The notes under the pieces were generated by a model. That model had not been told where the DNA came from. It worked only from the letters and a program-made list of their open reading frames with translations, and searched no databases. The position numbers and the translations under genes were made by a program. A stretch of DNA of 64,000 nucleotides from Candidatus Fermentibacterota bacterium (GTDB lineage: Bacteria; JAFGKV01), in NCBI GenBank assembly GCA_016928395.1, contig JAFGKV010000186.1, forward strand, positions 599-64,598. Direction: 5' to 3'. Positions 36,429 to 46,628 of this stretch are shown here, piece after piece (within the stretch, counting starts at the first letter, position 1; each line of letters begins with the position of its first letter).

Positions 36429-37673
36429 ATGTGGATGCGGCGATCCCTGGTGGAGTTTCTGGGGCTTCGCAGGAGCATGCTGGGGCTCCTGGGCATGGTA
36501 GTCTTGGTGGGCATGGGTGAGAAGATGGCGGAGCGTTTTCTGCCCATCTACCTAATCGCCCTGGGAGGCGGGCCGCTGGTGGTCGGCCTTCTCAATGGCC
36601 TGGACAACCTGCTTTCCGCCCTCTACTCGTTTCCTGGCGGCTACCTCGCTGAGCGTCTGGGCACCAAACGCGCACTCATGGTCTTCAACATCATGGCCAT
36701 GGCGGGATTCGTCATCGTCATCGCCATCCCGACCTGGCAGGCAGTGATCATCGGGTCGGTGCTCTTCCTCTCGTGGACCGCCATCTCCCTGCCCGGCACC
36801 ATGAAATTGGTGTCGACAGTCCTCCCCAAGGAAAAGCGCACAATGGGCGTTTCGCTGCACTCGTTGGTGCGTCGCATTCCCATGGCCTTGGGACCCCTGG
36901 TGGGTGGTGCCCTCATCGCGGCCAGGGGAGAACGCGACGGGGTACGCCTCGCCTTTGTGGCCGCGCTGGTCCTAGCAGGCGTGGCCGCATGGCTGCAGCA
37001 CGTACTTATCGAGGATGACCGGGGCACGCATAGGGCCGGGGCATCTCCAAGCAAGAACCCGCTCAGTCTCTGGCGAGGCATGCATCCGAGCCTGAAGAAC
37101 CTCCTGGTGGCCGATATCCTGGTGCGCTTCTGCGAGCAGATTCCCTATGCGTTCGTGGTCATCTGGTGCATGAAGACGGTTGCTCGACCCGTGTCGGCCT
37201 TCCAGTTCGGCATACTCACTGCGGTCGAGATGACCACCGCCCTGCTCATCTACATCCCCATCGCCTATCTGGCTGACCGGGGCAACAAGAAGCCCTACGT
37301 GGTGACCACTTTCGGTTTCTTCACCATCTTCCCGATGGTGCTCATGATGTCCAGGTCGTTCTGGCCGTTGGTGTTCGCATTCATTCTTCGCGGGCTCAAG
37401 GAGTTCGGCGAGCCGACCCGCAAGGCCCTGATCATGGATCTGGCTCCCGACGATGCCAAGGCGGCCACCTTTGGTCTCTACTACCTGGTGCGAGACGTGG
37501 TGGTCTCCCTGGCCGCCTTCGGCGGGTCACTGCTGTGGCTCATCTCTCCTCAGGTGAACTTCATCGCCGCCTCGGCATTCGGTCTCCTGGGCACCGTCTG
37601 GTTCGGCCTTCGGGGCCGGGACCTCGGGGCGGGCTATCCGCTGAACGGATCTCTCCCCCGGGCCAGCGGTTGA
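36429..37673 (+). CDS. MFS-family transporter.
   Basis: 12 predicted TM helices and MFS-like loop motifs (G..AER.G.KR). ACGGAGA lies before the ATG at 36429. Confidence 0.8.
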   Translation: MWMRRSLVEFLGLRRSMLGLLGMVVLVGMGEKMAERFLPIYLIALGGGPLVVGLLNGLDNLLSALYSFPGGYLAERLGTKRALMVFNIMAMAGFVIVIAIPTWQAVIIGSVLFLSWTAISLPGTMKLVSTVLPKEKRTMGVSLHSLVRRIPMALGPLVGGALIAARGERDGVRLAFVAALVLAGVAAWLQHVLIEDDRGTHRAGASPSKNPLSLWRGMHPSLKNLLVADILVRFCEQIPYAFVVIWCMKTVARPVSAFQFGILTAVEMTTALLIYIPIAYLADRGNKKPYVVTTFGFFTIFPMVLMMSRSFWPLVFAFILRGLKEFGEPTRKALIMDLAPDDAKAATFGLYYLVRDVVVSLAAFGGSLLWLISPQVNFIAASAFGLLGTVWFGLRGRDLGAGYPLNGSLPRASG

Positions 37674-38122
37674 CTTGACCCGTCATCCGCTCGGGAATTC
37701 GGGCCGGATCGTACCTCTTCGTCGCGGCTGTCCGCAGACACCGCCTGGCTGATGATCCGGTCGGTCACCTCGGAAAGATGGGCCTCGAGGACAGCGCTGA
37801 ACTCCAGAAATTCAGGCCATAGCGTCTCCTCCACGAATCGGCGGGATACGCGGGCCATCACCGTGGTCCGCCGTTGGTTGCGGTAGCGATAGGGCTCGAC
37901 TCCATACCGCCGGAGCAGAGCGAACAGGAGCCTGCGCGACCAGCCGTCGGACACGGAAAACCGGAACTCCGTCGGCGGGTCGAGCTCTGCAAGCTCGCCC
38001 AGGCGCCTGCGGATCCGTTCCGCGGCATCCGCCGCTGCCGCCTTCTCGCCCTCTGTGCCGGGCCGCGCGAACAGCGCTTCGATCCGATGGAGCTTCTCAA
38101 TGAGCTGACGTTCGTCGGTCAC
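37634..38122 (-). CDS. Hypothetical protein (possibly DUF2786-like N-terminus).
   Basis: ORF with coding-like composition; its start overlaps the upstream gene's stop by 4 nt. N-terminal ...IEKLHRIEALFARPGTEGEKAAAADAAERIR is weakly DUF2786-like. Convergent with MFS, overlapping its 3' end by 40 nt. Confidence 0.5.
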   Translation of the reverse strand: MTDERQLIEKLHRIEALFARPGTEGEKAAAADAAERIRRRLGELAELDPPTEFRFSVSDGWSRRLLFALLRRYGVEPYRYRNQRRTTVMARVSRRFVEETLWPEFLEFSAVLEAHLSEVTDRIISQAVSADSRDEEVRSGPNSRADDGSSQPLARGRDPFSG

Positions 38123-38619
38123 GTGACCTCTTCGCTGCTCTGCACCCGCGCACGTTGGTAGGGCTCAGGGTTCGGGGGTTCGGCCTCCGGAGACGCAGCA
38201 GGGAGTCGCTGATCGGGGGAGTCAGCCGTGTCCCCGGGGGCGATTCCCGTGGGTGATGCCGCCTTCGGGCGGACGAAGTGCGTAGACCAGAGCTCCTCGA
38301 TGGCCGGGATCCGGCTTCGGGAGAACCGCAGGTGAACCTTGGGGCCTTTGCCCCATGCCATGTAGCCGGTGTGGCTGGGTTTCAGCTTTCCGTTCATGCT
38401 GTTCCTCCGCACGGTCTTCATGATGAACGAGATCCGAGCGAGGTTGACGCGGACCACCTTCTCAAGGTAGGGGACGCGGCGAAACCTCCAGGATTCAAAG
38501 TCCTTCGGATCCAGGTAACCGAGGGCCATGAACACGTCGGGATAGCTGATATACCCCTTCTCGCGGAGCAGCTCACCTGTCACCGTACCGAGCTTCTTCA
38601 GCAGATCCCGCCTGTTCAT
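38119..38619 (-). CDS. Hypothetical protein.
   Basis: MNRRDLLKKLGTVTGELLREKGYISYPDVFMALGYLDPKDFESWRFRRVPYLEKVV...; translationally coupled (ATGA) to the downstream hypothetical. No recognisable family. Confidence 0.5.
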   Translation of the reverse strand: MNRRDLLKKLGTVTGELLREKGYISYPDVFMALGYLDPKDFESWRFRRVPYLEKVVRVNLARISFIMKTVRRNSMNGKLKPSHTGYMAWGKGPKVHLRFSRSRIPAIEELWSTHFVRPKAASPTGIAPGDTADSPDQRLPAASPEAEPPNPEPYQRARVQSSEEVT

Positions 38620-38710
38620 CGCGCAACGGTCTCCACCGCGCGGCCGCTTTGCATGCATCCCGTAAGGCTTCCTCGATGCACGTGCCTCCCTTCCTCCGCT
38701 ACCGGGCAGC

Positions 38711-39403
38711 CTAGCCGCGCAGCCAGTGCACCACCCATACGGGCAGCATGCCGCCGATGTTGAAGAGGGCGTGGATGATGACCGCCGGAAGCAGGCTTCC
38801 CGTCCTTTCGCGGTAGCGGGCCGCGACCAACCCCAGGAGGATCGTGAGCACGATCAGGGGACCCGCCGCCGCTCCCATGGATCTGATGAGCACAATGTGC
38901 ATCAGCCCGAAAAACACTCCGCTGACGACAACCGGCAGGCTCAGCCTGCGCGAACCGGAAACCCTTGGGTCGGAGTTGCCGCCCAGGAGCGTTTGCAGCA
39001 GCCCCCTGGTCAATACCTCCTCACAGATGCTGGCATACACCCACACGAAGACGACAATCTGCAGCTTCGTGAAGTTGGCGGCGGGTCCGGCGCGACCCTG
39101 CGCTCCCCCGGACGCAACCATTGCGAGGAGAGAGAGTACTGCGGTCGGCACGGCCCAAAGCAGGATGCGAGGGCTGAACCTAAACGTTCCGAGGGTGAAC
39201 CCGAACAGCGCAAGCCGGCCCCGTGAGAGAAGCCACATCGCCGCAAGGGAGAGTGTGAGCATCACGGAATGCGTGATCCACGACGAGGGGAAGAAACTCT
39301 CCGCCGGGAGGCGGATAACCCTCGGAGCCTGGAGTGCCGCCAGGGCAATAGCCGCCGCCAGGGCGAGGCCGGTCACGAGCCTGAACGATAAGCGATGTGC
39401 CAT
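38711..39403 (-). CDS. CPBP-family intramembrane glutamic endopeptidase (CAAX protease / bacteriocin-processing type).
   Basis: Motif 1 EEVLTRGLLQ, motif 2 FGLMH, motif 3 HALFN, embedded in multiple TM helices. Start at M32 of the tracked ORF. Confidence 0.75.
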   Translation of the reverse strand: MAHRLSFRLVTGLALAAAIALAALQAPRVIRLPAESFFPSSWITHSVMLTLSLAAMWLLSRGRLALFGFTLGTFRFSPRILLWAVPTAVLSLLAMVASGGAQGRAGPAANFTKLQIVVFVWVYASICEEVLTRGLLQTLLGGNSDPRVSGSRRLSLPVVVSGVFFGLMHIVLIRSMGAAAGPLIVLTILLGLVAARYRERTGSLLPAVIIHALFNIGGMLPVWVVHWLRG

Positions 39404-40410
39404 GCAACCGCCTCCCTGAGAGGTGCCTTCCGAAACATCCGCACTGCGCCTGACCCCCTGCCCACGAGAGGCCGGCGGAGGAGAATCAGGCAGCACTCCC
39501 CGAACTCATCGCCCCCAAGACCGGCCTCGCGTGGGCTGCGCCCATCCAGGTGGCAGAAGTAGTACGAGGTCTTTGGACGCTCGAGCATCACCCAATCCTC
39601 GTCGTGCTGGGTCTTCCCGGAATGAGCCAGGCCGGTTGCACGAGCCCGGCCATCTCTTCGCCGTCGGCCAATTGGCAGGCTGCTCGCCCTCTCCACGGCG
39701 CATTAGAACGGGTCACTCCCCCGTGGGGGTCATCACAGCAATCCGGTCCCGCGGCATCAGGATCACTGTGGTCGCGCGGAAGATTGGCATCGAATCCGCC
39801 GCGTCAAGCGGGCGGGCAAGTCGGACGGTGGCAGACGACCCCTCACTGCCCAAAGTACTTACATCGGCGCACTCCAGGCCGAAACGGCCTCCCGCTTTAA
39901 TAACCCTCGCGGCCAAGGACCCTGTGACACACCCCCCGACAAACCCGCGTGCTGGCGCTTCGGCCACGCCCGGAAGATCTCCCGGGGTCTGGGTACGCGA
40001 CGCGGGCTGGTTCACTCCCCCGATCTCCACACTCTACCATACCTCTGCACCAGTGCACTGGGCCGTCACGGCGGTGTGCGGCTCGGCCCCCCATCCGCAG
40101 TGATTCGCCGAGTCGGCAAGTTCGACCGCGACCTGACCTGACCCCAGGCGTGAACAGGACTCCGGCCCCAGCGCCCAAAGGTCCGCCAGTGGCTGGCTCC
40201 CGCCACCTCACGCGATACTCCTGCGAGGCACTCTCCGCACCGAGCAATTCGGACCGCGCCCCCTGTGGCCAATGCTGCGAACCGGAGCTCAGCCGGGCCT
40301 CTGAGCGCGCGGATCGCAGTTCCCCTGAGCAAGACGGTCCAGGAAATGCATGCTGATTGAACTTCTGATATTCACTTGACATAGCTCATACACAGCGGTA
40401 TTTGCCCGGG

Positions 40411-41604
40411 ATGATCACTCGAACGCTCTCCTCGCGGTTGCTCCAACTCGCCCCGTCGTACCCGGTGATCTTCCTTACCGGTCCCCGGCAATCGGGAAAG
40501 ACCACTCTGGCGCGGAGCGCCTTTCCAGACTACATGTATGTCTCTCTCGAGGATCTCCAGAACCGGGAGGAGGCCACGGAGGACCCGCGGGGCTTCCTAC
40601 GCCGCCTGGAGAACGCCCCGGGTGCGATCCTCGATGAGGTACAGAGAACGCCGGATCTGTTCTCCTACATCCAAGGATTCGTCGACTCGGGAGGGGGTCC
40701 TCTCATACTCACGGGGTCAGAACAGTTTCTCCTCTCTGAGCGGATAGACCAGACACTGGCTGGACGCGCCGCCATCCTTGAGCTTCTTCCGTTTTCCGTG
40801 GCCGAGCTCTGCCGCCGTGCAAGCCTGTCGCCCGACGAATTCATCGCCGGGAGTAGCATCCCCTCCGGCGAACCCCCGATGAGTCTGGACAATATGCTGT
40901 TCACCGGATTCTTCCCCCGAATCCATGATCTATCCCTGGAGCCGTCCCCTTGGCTCGATGGGTACATCCGCACCTATGTGGAACGAGATGTGCGCGCCCT
41001 CACAGCAGTGGGCGATCTCGACACGTTCGGCCGGTTTGTCGCGCTGTGCGCGGGCCGGAGCGGCCAGCTCCTCAACACCTCGTCGTTGGGGGCCGATGCG
41101 GGAGTGACGCACTCCACTGCACGGCGCTGGATTTCCATACTGAAGGCAGGCTACGTCATCGACTTACTGCAGCCACACTTTGAGAACTTCTCCAGACGTC
41201 TCGTCAAGGCACCCAAGCTCTACTTCGTGGACACGGGGCTGCTGTGCCGTCTGCTGGGCGTGCGGAGTCCTGGTGACCTGCACCGCCATCCTCTTCGCGG
41301 CCTAATTGTCGAGAACCTGGTCATTGGCGAGCTTCGCAAGCTGTTTCTGCACCATGGCCAGCGCCCCCCGCTCTACTTCTGGCGTGACTCCAACGGACGC
41401 GAAGTGGATGTCATCATTGATCTGGGAATCAGAAGGATCCCGGTGGAGATCAAGGCGGGCCTCACTGTGGCAGCCGACTTCCTGAAGTCACTCGATCTCT
41501 ACGCCGGCCTTTCACAGGGGGAGGGTGGCATTCTGGTCTATGGGGGCGACGAGACCTACCGTCGCCGCCAGGATCTTGTTCGTGCCTGGTGGTCATGCAC
41601 GTAG
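40411..41604 (+). CDS. AAA+ ATPase with C-terminal DUF4143 (archaeal-ATPase-like family).
   Basis: Walker A GPRQSGKTT, Walker B ILDEVQ, and the conserved C-terminal DUF4143-like block (GREVDVIID...PVEIKAG). Confidence 0.8.
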   Translation: MITRTLSSRLLQLAPSYPVIFLTGPRQSGKTTLARSAFPDYMYVSLEDLQNREEATEDPRGFLRRLENAPGAILDEVQRTPDLFSYIQGFVDSGGGPLILTGSEQFLLSERIDQTLAGRAAILELLPFSVAELCRRASLSPDEFIAGSSIPSGEPPMSLDNMLFTGFFPRIHDLSLEPSPWLDGYIRTYVERDVRALTAVGDLDTFGRFVALCAGRSGQLLNTSSLGADAGVTHSTARRWISILKAGYVIDLLQPHFENFSRRLVKAPKLYFVDTGLLCRLLGVRSPGDLHRHPLRGLIVENLVIGELRKLFLHHGQRPPLYFWRDSNGREVDVIIDLGIRRIPVEIKAGLTVAADFLKSLDLYAGLSQGEGGILVYGGDETYRRRQDLVRAWWSCT

Positions 41605-42058
41605 AGCATAGTGGTCAAAGGCCTCGCCGGCATAGTCTTTCCTGCCGGTGTGGATGGCGTCGTAGAACGCCGCGGTCGTGGCGAAAGGCCCATCCCCGGT
41701 TCCGCCTCTGGTCATCGGCTGAGCCCCCGAAGGCGCCCGAGCCATATCGGGCCGAACAAGGTCACCAGGAGCACGGCGACGCACACTCGGCTGCGGAGCA
41801 CATTACAGTCCGAAAGAAGCCGCTCCCACGAGTTACCGAACAGGTAGTGGCCGGCCAGGAACTCGAACGCAACCGTAATCCTCACTCAGAATGAACCCGC
41901 GATGACCAGGTCCGCCCGACGTGACGGCCTGATCCAGGGGAGAGCACACCACATCACCACGAGAAGCGCGATGCAGCCCGTCACCGTGCTGATCACGTGG
42001 CCCGCCTTCGATATCGGTCACTGCACCCCCACCCGTTGCGGGGCTCGCCCTTTGCCCG

Positions 42059-42445
42059 TCAGTCTCGGTGGGCGGCACAGTTGAACAGCCGCTCCATTGC
42101 TTCCCCCCGGCTATAGGCCAGCTCCCTCGGCGTGTCACCGAACTCCGAGCGGATGTCCGGGCTGGCGCCAGCCCGCAGGAGGAGCTCTGCACTGCACTCG
42201 TCGCCCTGCATGACCGCGACGTGAAGTGGTGTCTGCCCCATGTCACCGATCGCGTCGAGTTCGGCACCCGCCTCGATCAGCACCTCGATGGCCCGACAAT
42301 CCCTCCGCCAGGCCATGACGTGCAGGGGTGTGTCCCCATCCGTACCCCTGCTGCCGATCTCCACGATCCGTGCGCCCAGCTCATCGGGGAACAACACGTC
42401 CGAGGCTGACTGCAGAATCTCGTTCAGCGAACGCTCCGCCTCCAT
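42059..42445 (-). CDS. Ankyrin-repeat protein.
   Basis: Three ANK units (DGDTPLHVMAWRRDCRAIEVLIEAGAELD, GQTPLHVAVMQGDECSAELLLRAGASPD). GAGGAGGG lies before the ATG at 42445. Confidence 0.7.
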   Translation of the reverse strand: MEAERSLNEILQSASDVLFPDELGARIVEIGSRGTDGDTPLHVMAWRRDCRAIEVLIEAGAELDAIGDMGQTPLHVAVMQGDECSAELLLRAGASPDIRSEFGDTPRELAYSRGEAMERLFNCAAHRD

Positions 42446-42560
42446 GTTTCTCGCCCTCCTCACCTGTTCCTGCGCTATGGGCCGTCGGGCACCCTCACCT
42501 CGTGTGGTCGCCTCGCTATGCCAACTTCGAACACCCTGGCGAGAGCCATTCCGCGCGGGG

Positions 42561-43013
42561 TCAGAACGCCGCATCCCTCGACTCAAGGCATCGCGCTTCC
42601 CAGTTCTCGGCTCGGAACTCATCCCACTGGTGCTCCATGACGGGCGTGGGAAAGACAGTCTCGTGCCGCAGGTCTTCCCGGGTGAACCATCCGGCTTCGA
42701 CGATCCCTTCGGCTCGCGCTTCCTCGGTCGGCATGACGTCGCCGCCTACGACATCACACAGCATCCAGATTTTGCACATCTTGAAGCGAACGCATTGCAG
42801 GTCCTCGATCCACAGAACCCGCCAGGGCCGAACCACGACGTCGGTCTCCTCCCGCGTCTCGCGGATGATGGCGTCAACGGTATTCTCGTACGGACGGAGC
42901 GCGCCGCCCGGCCCGACCAAGTACGAACCGCCTCCGGCCGTGGGGTACCGGACCAGCAGGATGGCATCGCCCTTCAGGACGATTCCTCCACCGGCAATCC
43001 GATGCGGTGTCAT
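42561..43013 (-). CDS. NUDIX hydrolase.
   Basis: Nudix box GPGGALRPYENTVDAIIRETREETDV (G.5E.7REUXEEXGU pattern). Confidence 0.7.
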   Translation of the reverse strand: MTPHRIAGGGIVLKGDAILLVRYPTAGGGSYLVGPGGALRPYENTVDAIIRETREETDVVVRPWRVLWIEDLQCVRFKMCKIWMLCDVVGGDVMPTEEARAEGIVEAGWFTREDLRHETVFPTPVMEHQWDEFRAENWEARCLESRDAAF

Positions 43014-43063
43014 GCGGCAGCTCGATGCCGGGGCGTGTTCATCCAACGTATCCCTTCTCATCT

Positions 43064-43450
43064 CTACCGCGCCCCTTCATCGCGCAGCCTGACTCGGTTG
43101 CGGAATCCTCGCTCCTTCACGACCTGGTCGCCGATGCGAATACCCTGCCGAATACGGATCTGCATCGGGACCACCCTGTCTATGGTCTTCCCTGCGGGCG
43201 TTCGGATGACAAGATGTTCCTCTTCGGGAGACTCCAGGATGAACCGATCCACCCATCGAACCTTGAGCCCGACCACCTCTCCCTCGTAGGGGAAGTAGGC
43301 GTCGTGCACATACGTGGCAACAGACACGAAGAACGCCGCGACCACTGCAAGGCCCAGCAGCGCCAGAACCCCACCCAGTGGAGTGCCGAGAAACCGCCAC
43401 CGGCCCTTGTGGTCAGGAGCATCCCGCCAGAAAAGTACGGTCACCTTCAT
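43064..43450 (-). CDS. Hypothetical membrane-anchored protein.
   Basis: MKVTVLFWRDAPDHKGRWRFLGTPLGGVLALLGLAVVAAFFV: a single TM helix then a soluble domain; no family recognised. Confidence 0.5.
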   Translation of the reverse strand: MKVTVLFWRDAPDHKGRWRFLGTPLGGVLALLGLAVVAAFFVSVATYVHDAYFPYEGEVVGLKVRWVDRFILESPEEEHLVIRTPAGKTIDRVVPMQIRIRQGIRIGDQVVKERGFRNRVRLRDEGAR

Positions 43451-43544
43451 CGCGTTCCCTCGTATGAGTGCGCCGTAGCCAGCCTCCATGCCCGCTCGTC
43501 TCCCTGATCAACCCAGCGGCAGCGCTGAGCGACCGCCGCCGACT

Positions 43545-43964
43545 CTATTCCTCGACTTTCAGAGAGTTCTCCTTACACCATTCCAGGAGTCGGTCCTTGG
43601 TCTCCCGTGCCTCGAACTCATACCACGTCTCCAGCACACCCCGCCTGGCGAGGAGGTCCTTGAATCGGCCGTAGGCCCCTCGCCGACGGAAGATCTCCCT
43701 CACCCGCCACGGAAGCTCACCGCCAATCCCGTCCGCAAAGGCGAAAGCGAGACTCCGGCCTAGACCCAAGTCGTTCTTGTGGGGAATCGAGACGAAATCG
43801 TCGTCGAACTCTGCGTCTTCGGGAACCTCGTCCACATCGGCCATATCCGATCGGTAGAAGACCTCACCCGTAACCCTCGACACAAAGGCCGAGTTCGCGT
43901 ACTGAGGGGCCGAACTCACGAAGCTGAATGCCGCTTCGATATCAGAGTACGTGATCATGGTCAC
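43545..43964 (-). CDS. Hypothetical protein.
   Basis: 139-aa acidic protein with coding-like composition; slightly lower GC (~57%) than the flanks. No family recognised. Confidence 0.5.
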   Translation of the reverse strand: MTMITYSDIEAAFSFVSSAPQYANSAFVSRVTGEVFYRSDMADVDEVPEDAEFDDDFVSIPHKNDLGLGRSLAFAFADGIGGELPWRVREIFRRRGAYGRFKDLLARRGVLETWYEFEARETKDRLLEWCKENSLKVEE

Positions 43965-44773
43965 CTGTCCTCTCTTCCCTCATCGAGCGAGTCCAACGCG
44001 AGAATCTGCGGTAGACGCAGTTTTCGCATGACCCCACTACTGACGGATTCTCAGCGCGCGGCTGAACCCTTCCGTGCGCGACGTCTATCTTCTCACGAAG
44101 ATCAACCACTACCCCCGGTGATGATGCGGATGAGCCCCAAACAGGGCAAGGCATTCGCCACGCCCGCGCTGCCCTTGGCATCCGCTCTCACCTCTCCGTG
44201 GCCTGTTTCGCCGATGATACTCCAATTCAGTGGGGGAGACAAGTCGGCGCTCCTTGAGGAAGCGGACCGGAGGCAGAGGCGGCCTGTAGGGTCATCCGTT
44301 CGACCGTCCATGCGTGGCGGTCTGGTTCTCGCCCGTCGTGCCAACGCCGTTTTGGAATGGCTCTTCTTCGGCCAATCCGAAAGGGACCTCTTCTTCCTTT
44401 CTTCGGCACTGCGCACCGGCAACTGCCGACTCCTTGGAGTGCGGCGGCTCGCCGCCGCATTCGCCTGCGGGAGCTGGGCTCCCGCCATCCAAGGCGCAGG
44501 CAAGCCTGCGCAAACCAGTCGTCAAATCCAAGGTCGGTCAGTTCCACCGCCTTCACTCCTCCGTCGGCCACTCCACTTCGGCCTTCGCCGCTGTCCCGCC
44601 TTCCGCGGCACCTGCGGAGATCGCGATCATCAGACCGCCGATCACTCTCCGACCATGCTCCTCAGAGTGTCCATTTCAAACCAGCGATGGTGCTGTGGGA
44701 GCGACTCTTGGTCCGGCACGGCTGGATGCTGGGATCAGCCGTGACTCCCCCGTTCTGTTCCTGGTGTTCCCGG

Positions 44774-45085
44774 CTACTTCACCACCGTGATCGGGACGAA
44801 CTGGCGGGAGCCATCGCCCTCAACTCCCAGGAAGTACTGGCCGGTGGTGATGGTGTCCGGCAGTCTCAAGACGATCGTCGCGTCCGGTCCCATCCTCTCC
44901 GCCTGCTGCAGGCTCATCACCCGCCGCCCCAGCAGATCGACGACGGTAAGTCGGATCAGGCCTTGTCCTTCCAATCCCGCAACCCCGCATCCTTCGTTGC
45001 GGAACCATGGCGTGACGTGAAAACAGCACATCCGATCGGGGACTCCGTATGCGATTGGAACCCGCCGGAAAGCATTCGACCACAA
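44774..45085 (-). pseudogene. Orphan T9SS C-terminal sorting-domain remnant (3' end of a decayed cargo gene).
   Basis: Translation ...LIRLTVVDLLGRRVMSLQQAERMGPDATIVLRLPDTITTGQYFLGVEGDGSRQFVPITVVK* matches the T9SS C-terminal-domain pattern. No upstream catalytic region exists, and the 5' side runs into the IR-bounded element at 45152-45336. Confidence 0.45.
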
Positions 45086-45143
45086 GGATTCTGAGGATCG
45101 GCGGAATGCGTCGCAACTGGCTCACAAACAGGCAGGATCGGAG

Positions 45144-45343
45144 CTATTCTAGTCTGAGCCCACGTTGAGCGATTCCCCTCTACTGCGGCTTCCACCGCGC
45201 GGCTGCGCTGTTCGTTTCCCGCTTCGCCCTCTCGACGTATCCGGTGGATACGCCTCCGTCGTCTCAGCGCTCCAACATCGCGGCTCGCTCGCGCGTTGTG
45301 AGCCTCGCGACGACAAGAGTCGCTCAACGTGGGCTGAGAATAG
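45144..45343. mobile_element. ~185-bp inverted-repeat-bounded, highly structured element (MITE-like) inserted between the two half-sites of a CTATTCTA / TAGAATAG palindrome.
   Basis: Left: CTATTCTA-g-TCTGAGCCCACGTTGAGCG (45144-45171). Right: CGCTCAACGTGGGCTg-AGAATAG (45321-45343). TIR ~15/16 bp. The interior has several internal palindromes (CCGCGCGG, CGTATCCGGTGGATACG, GTCGTC...GACGAC). Confidence 0.4.
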
Positions 45344-45538
45344 TGGGCAGTATCGGCCCCGGCTGCGCCGGACGCGCGGCCCGAGCAGCCGGATCCATGG
45401 CCAGGTGCCGAGAGGGAGTGGTCAGTCTTCAGTTGTCGGTAACCAGTTGAGCGCAGGGGAAGCGGCGACACGAAACCGGCGAAGAATCCCCATCGTGCGA
45501 CGGAAGGACGCGCCATGGGTCGAGAAGCATGCGAACGC

Positions 45539-45637
45539 GATCCGATTGTATCCATCACAGCCCCTGGTGAAGGTCTCTCTCGGAACGGAATAGGCTTCAA
45601 GGAAGCCGATACCTCCTGCGCGGTCAAGCGGTTCGGG
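45539..45637. repeat. Copy A of a three-copy ~100-bp repeat family (core TATCCATCACAGCCCCTGGTGAAGGTCTCTCTCGGAACGG...GGCTTCAAGGAAG...GTCAAGC).
   Basis: Aligned by eye against copies B (49400-49505) and C (51838-51930); ~85-90% identity over the ~55-bp core. Confidence 0.6.
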
Positions 45638-45867
45638 TGCGACGTAAGGTCTTCCGCCGGCAAGCCTTGGAGATCCCCCAGGCCAAGAGCCCGAGGACTG
45701 ACCAGTCCTACTCTCATGGCCGTCCGTAGACCGCAGAGCCCCGCGCGCGGAGCGGCGTGGTTGCCTGACGGCTACTCGAGATCTTCGAGAGGAATTGTAT
45801 TGCCTTCCCGGGCTTCCCTTCGGGAGCGCTCAATCACCTTCCGGAACCGTGGGTCGTTGAGGAGCCG

Positions 45868-46014
45868 CTACTCGAGGTAATCATCCTCATCTCGGAAGCC
45901 CCTGAGCACTGCAACCGGTTTCCCGTGGCGTGTGATGATGATCTCCTCCCGGACCGCTCGCTTCACGCAGGCCGAGAGACTATCCTTCGCCTGACTAAGA
46001 GACATCGTGGTCAT
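45868..46014 (-). CDS. Phd/YefM-family antitoxin (short, 48 aa).
   Basis: MTTMSLSQAKDSLSACVKRAVREEIIITRHGKPVAVLRGFRDEDDYLE* has the Phd/YefM N-terminal signature (ITRHGKPVAVL). The ATG at 46014 overlaps the relE-like stop (ATGA). Confidence 0.7.
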   Translation of the reverse strand: MTTMSLSQAKDSLSACVKRAVREEIIITRHGKPVAVLRGFRDEDDYLE

Positions 46015-46307
46015 GAGTTCTTCACTCCATGTTCATCGAGCAATTCCCCAGCGCCAGCCTTTGGCACAATGGCCAGAACGATCACCTTCGCGCCGACGAC
46101 ATCGCAGAAGACCCTGTATTCATCGACCCGGAGACGGTACTCGGGATGCGCCATCGCGCGTAGCTTCTTGATTCGACTCCGGCTCGTCTTCGTCGGTTCG
46201 TACCGAAGATGGCGTTCGAGTTCAGTCTTCAGCACCGCACGCCACCGGGAACTCAAGGCCCGGTAGTGGCATTGAGCCGTAGTGGTTAGAACGATTTCGA
46301 AGCGCAT
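46011..46307 (-). CDS. RelE/ParE-family toxin.
   Basis: C-terminal KKLRAMAHPEYRLRVDEYRVFCDVVGAKVIVLAIVPK matches the RelE/ParE core (YRLRVGDYRVIY...V.IL.I.HR pattern). Confidence 0.75.
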   Translation of the reverse strand: MRFEIVLTTTAQCHYRALSSRWRAVLKTELERHLRYEPTKTSRSRIKKLRAMAHPEYRLRVDEYRVFCDVVGAKVIVLAIVPKAGAGELLDEHGVKNS

Positions 46308-46628
46308 GCCTGCAAGGTGGCGACTTTCTAACCAGAATCAAGGCCAGATTAAAGGCTATGTCTCATCTGGCCATGAGGTGGCCAGCGGAAGGGGGTACGC
46401 GGTCGGCCGACACCGCGTCGTAGGGCAACTGGAGAGCCTGGTGCGCCTGCCTGCCGCAGGCAGGTAGCGAAACACGCTCCTGTCGCGTCGCAGCTTCAGC
46501 GGAGACGGATGCCCGCCTGCGAAGCGGGCTGACTGCCGACTGAAGATTGCCGCCCCATCTCCTCACTCCTATCTCCTTACTCGACAGACCCCTTCGAGTC
46601 CTTCGTGTCTTCGCGGTGAGATTGCTGC

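Noticed and set aside
39423-40400. ORFs 39423-40103 (+), 39713-40030 (-), 39897-40382 (-) in the ~900-bp gap before the AAA-ATPase gene.
   Set aside because: All are Pro/Arg/Ser-rich with no motifs and mutually overlapping. I could not support any gene here. The region may be a non-coding or degraded segment and is worth an Rfam scan.
43779-44744. 321-aa plus-strand ORF and 253-aa minus-strand ORF (44956-45717) in the island.
   Set aside because: Arg-rich and low-complexity; they run across the palindrome, the IR-bounded element and repeat copy A. They are more likely non-coding decayed DNA.
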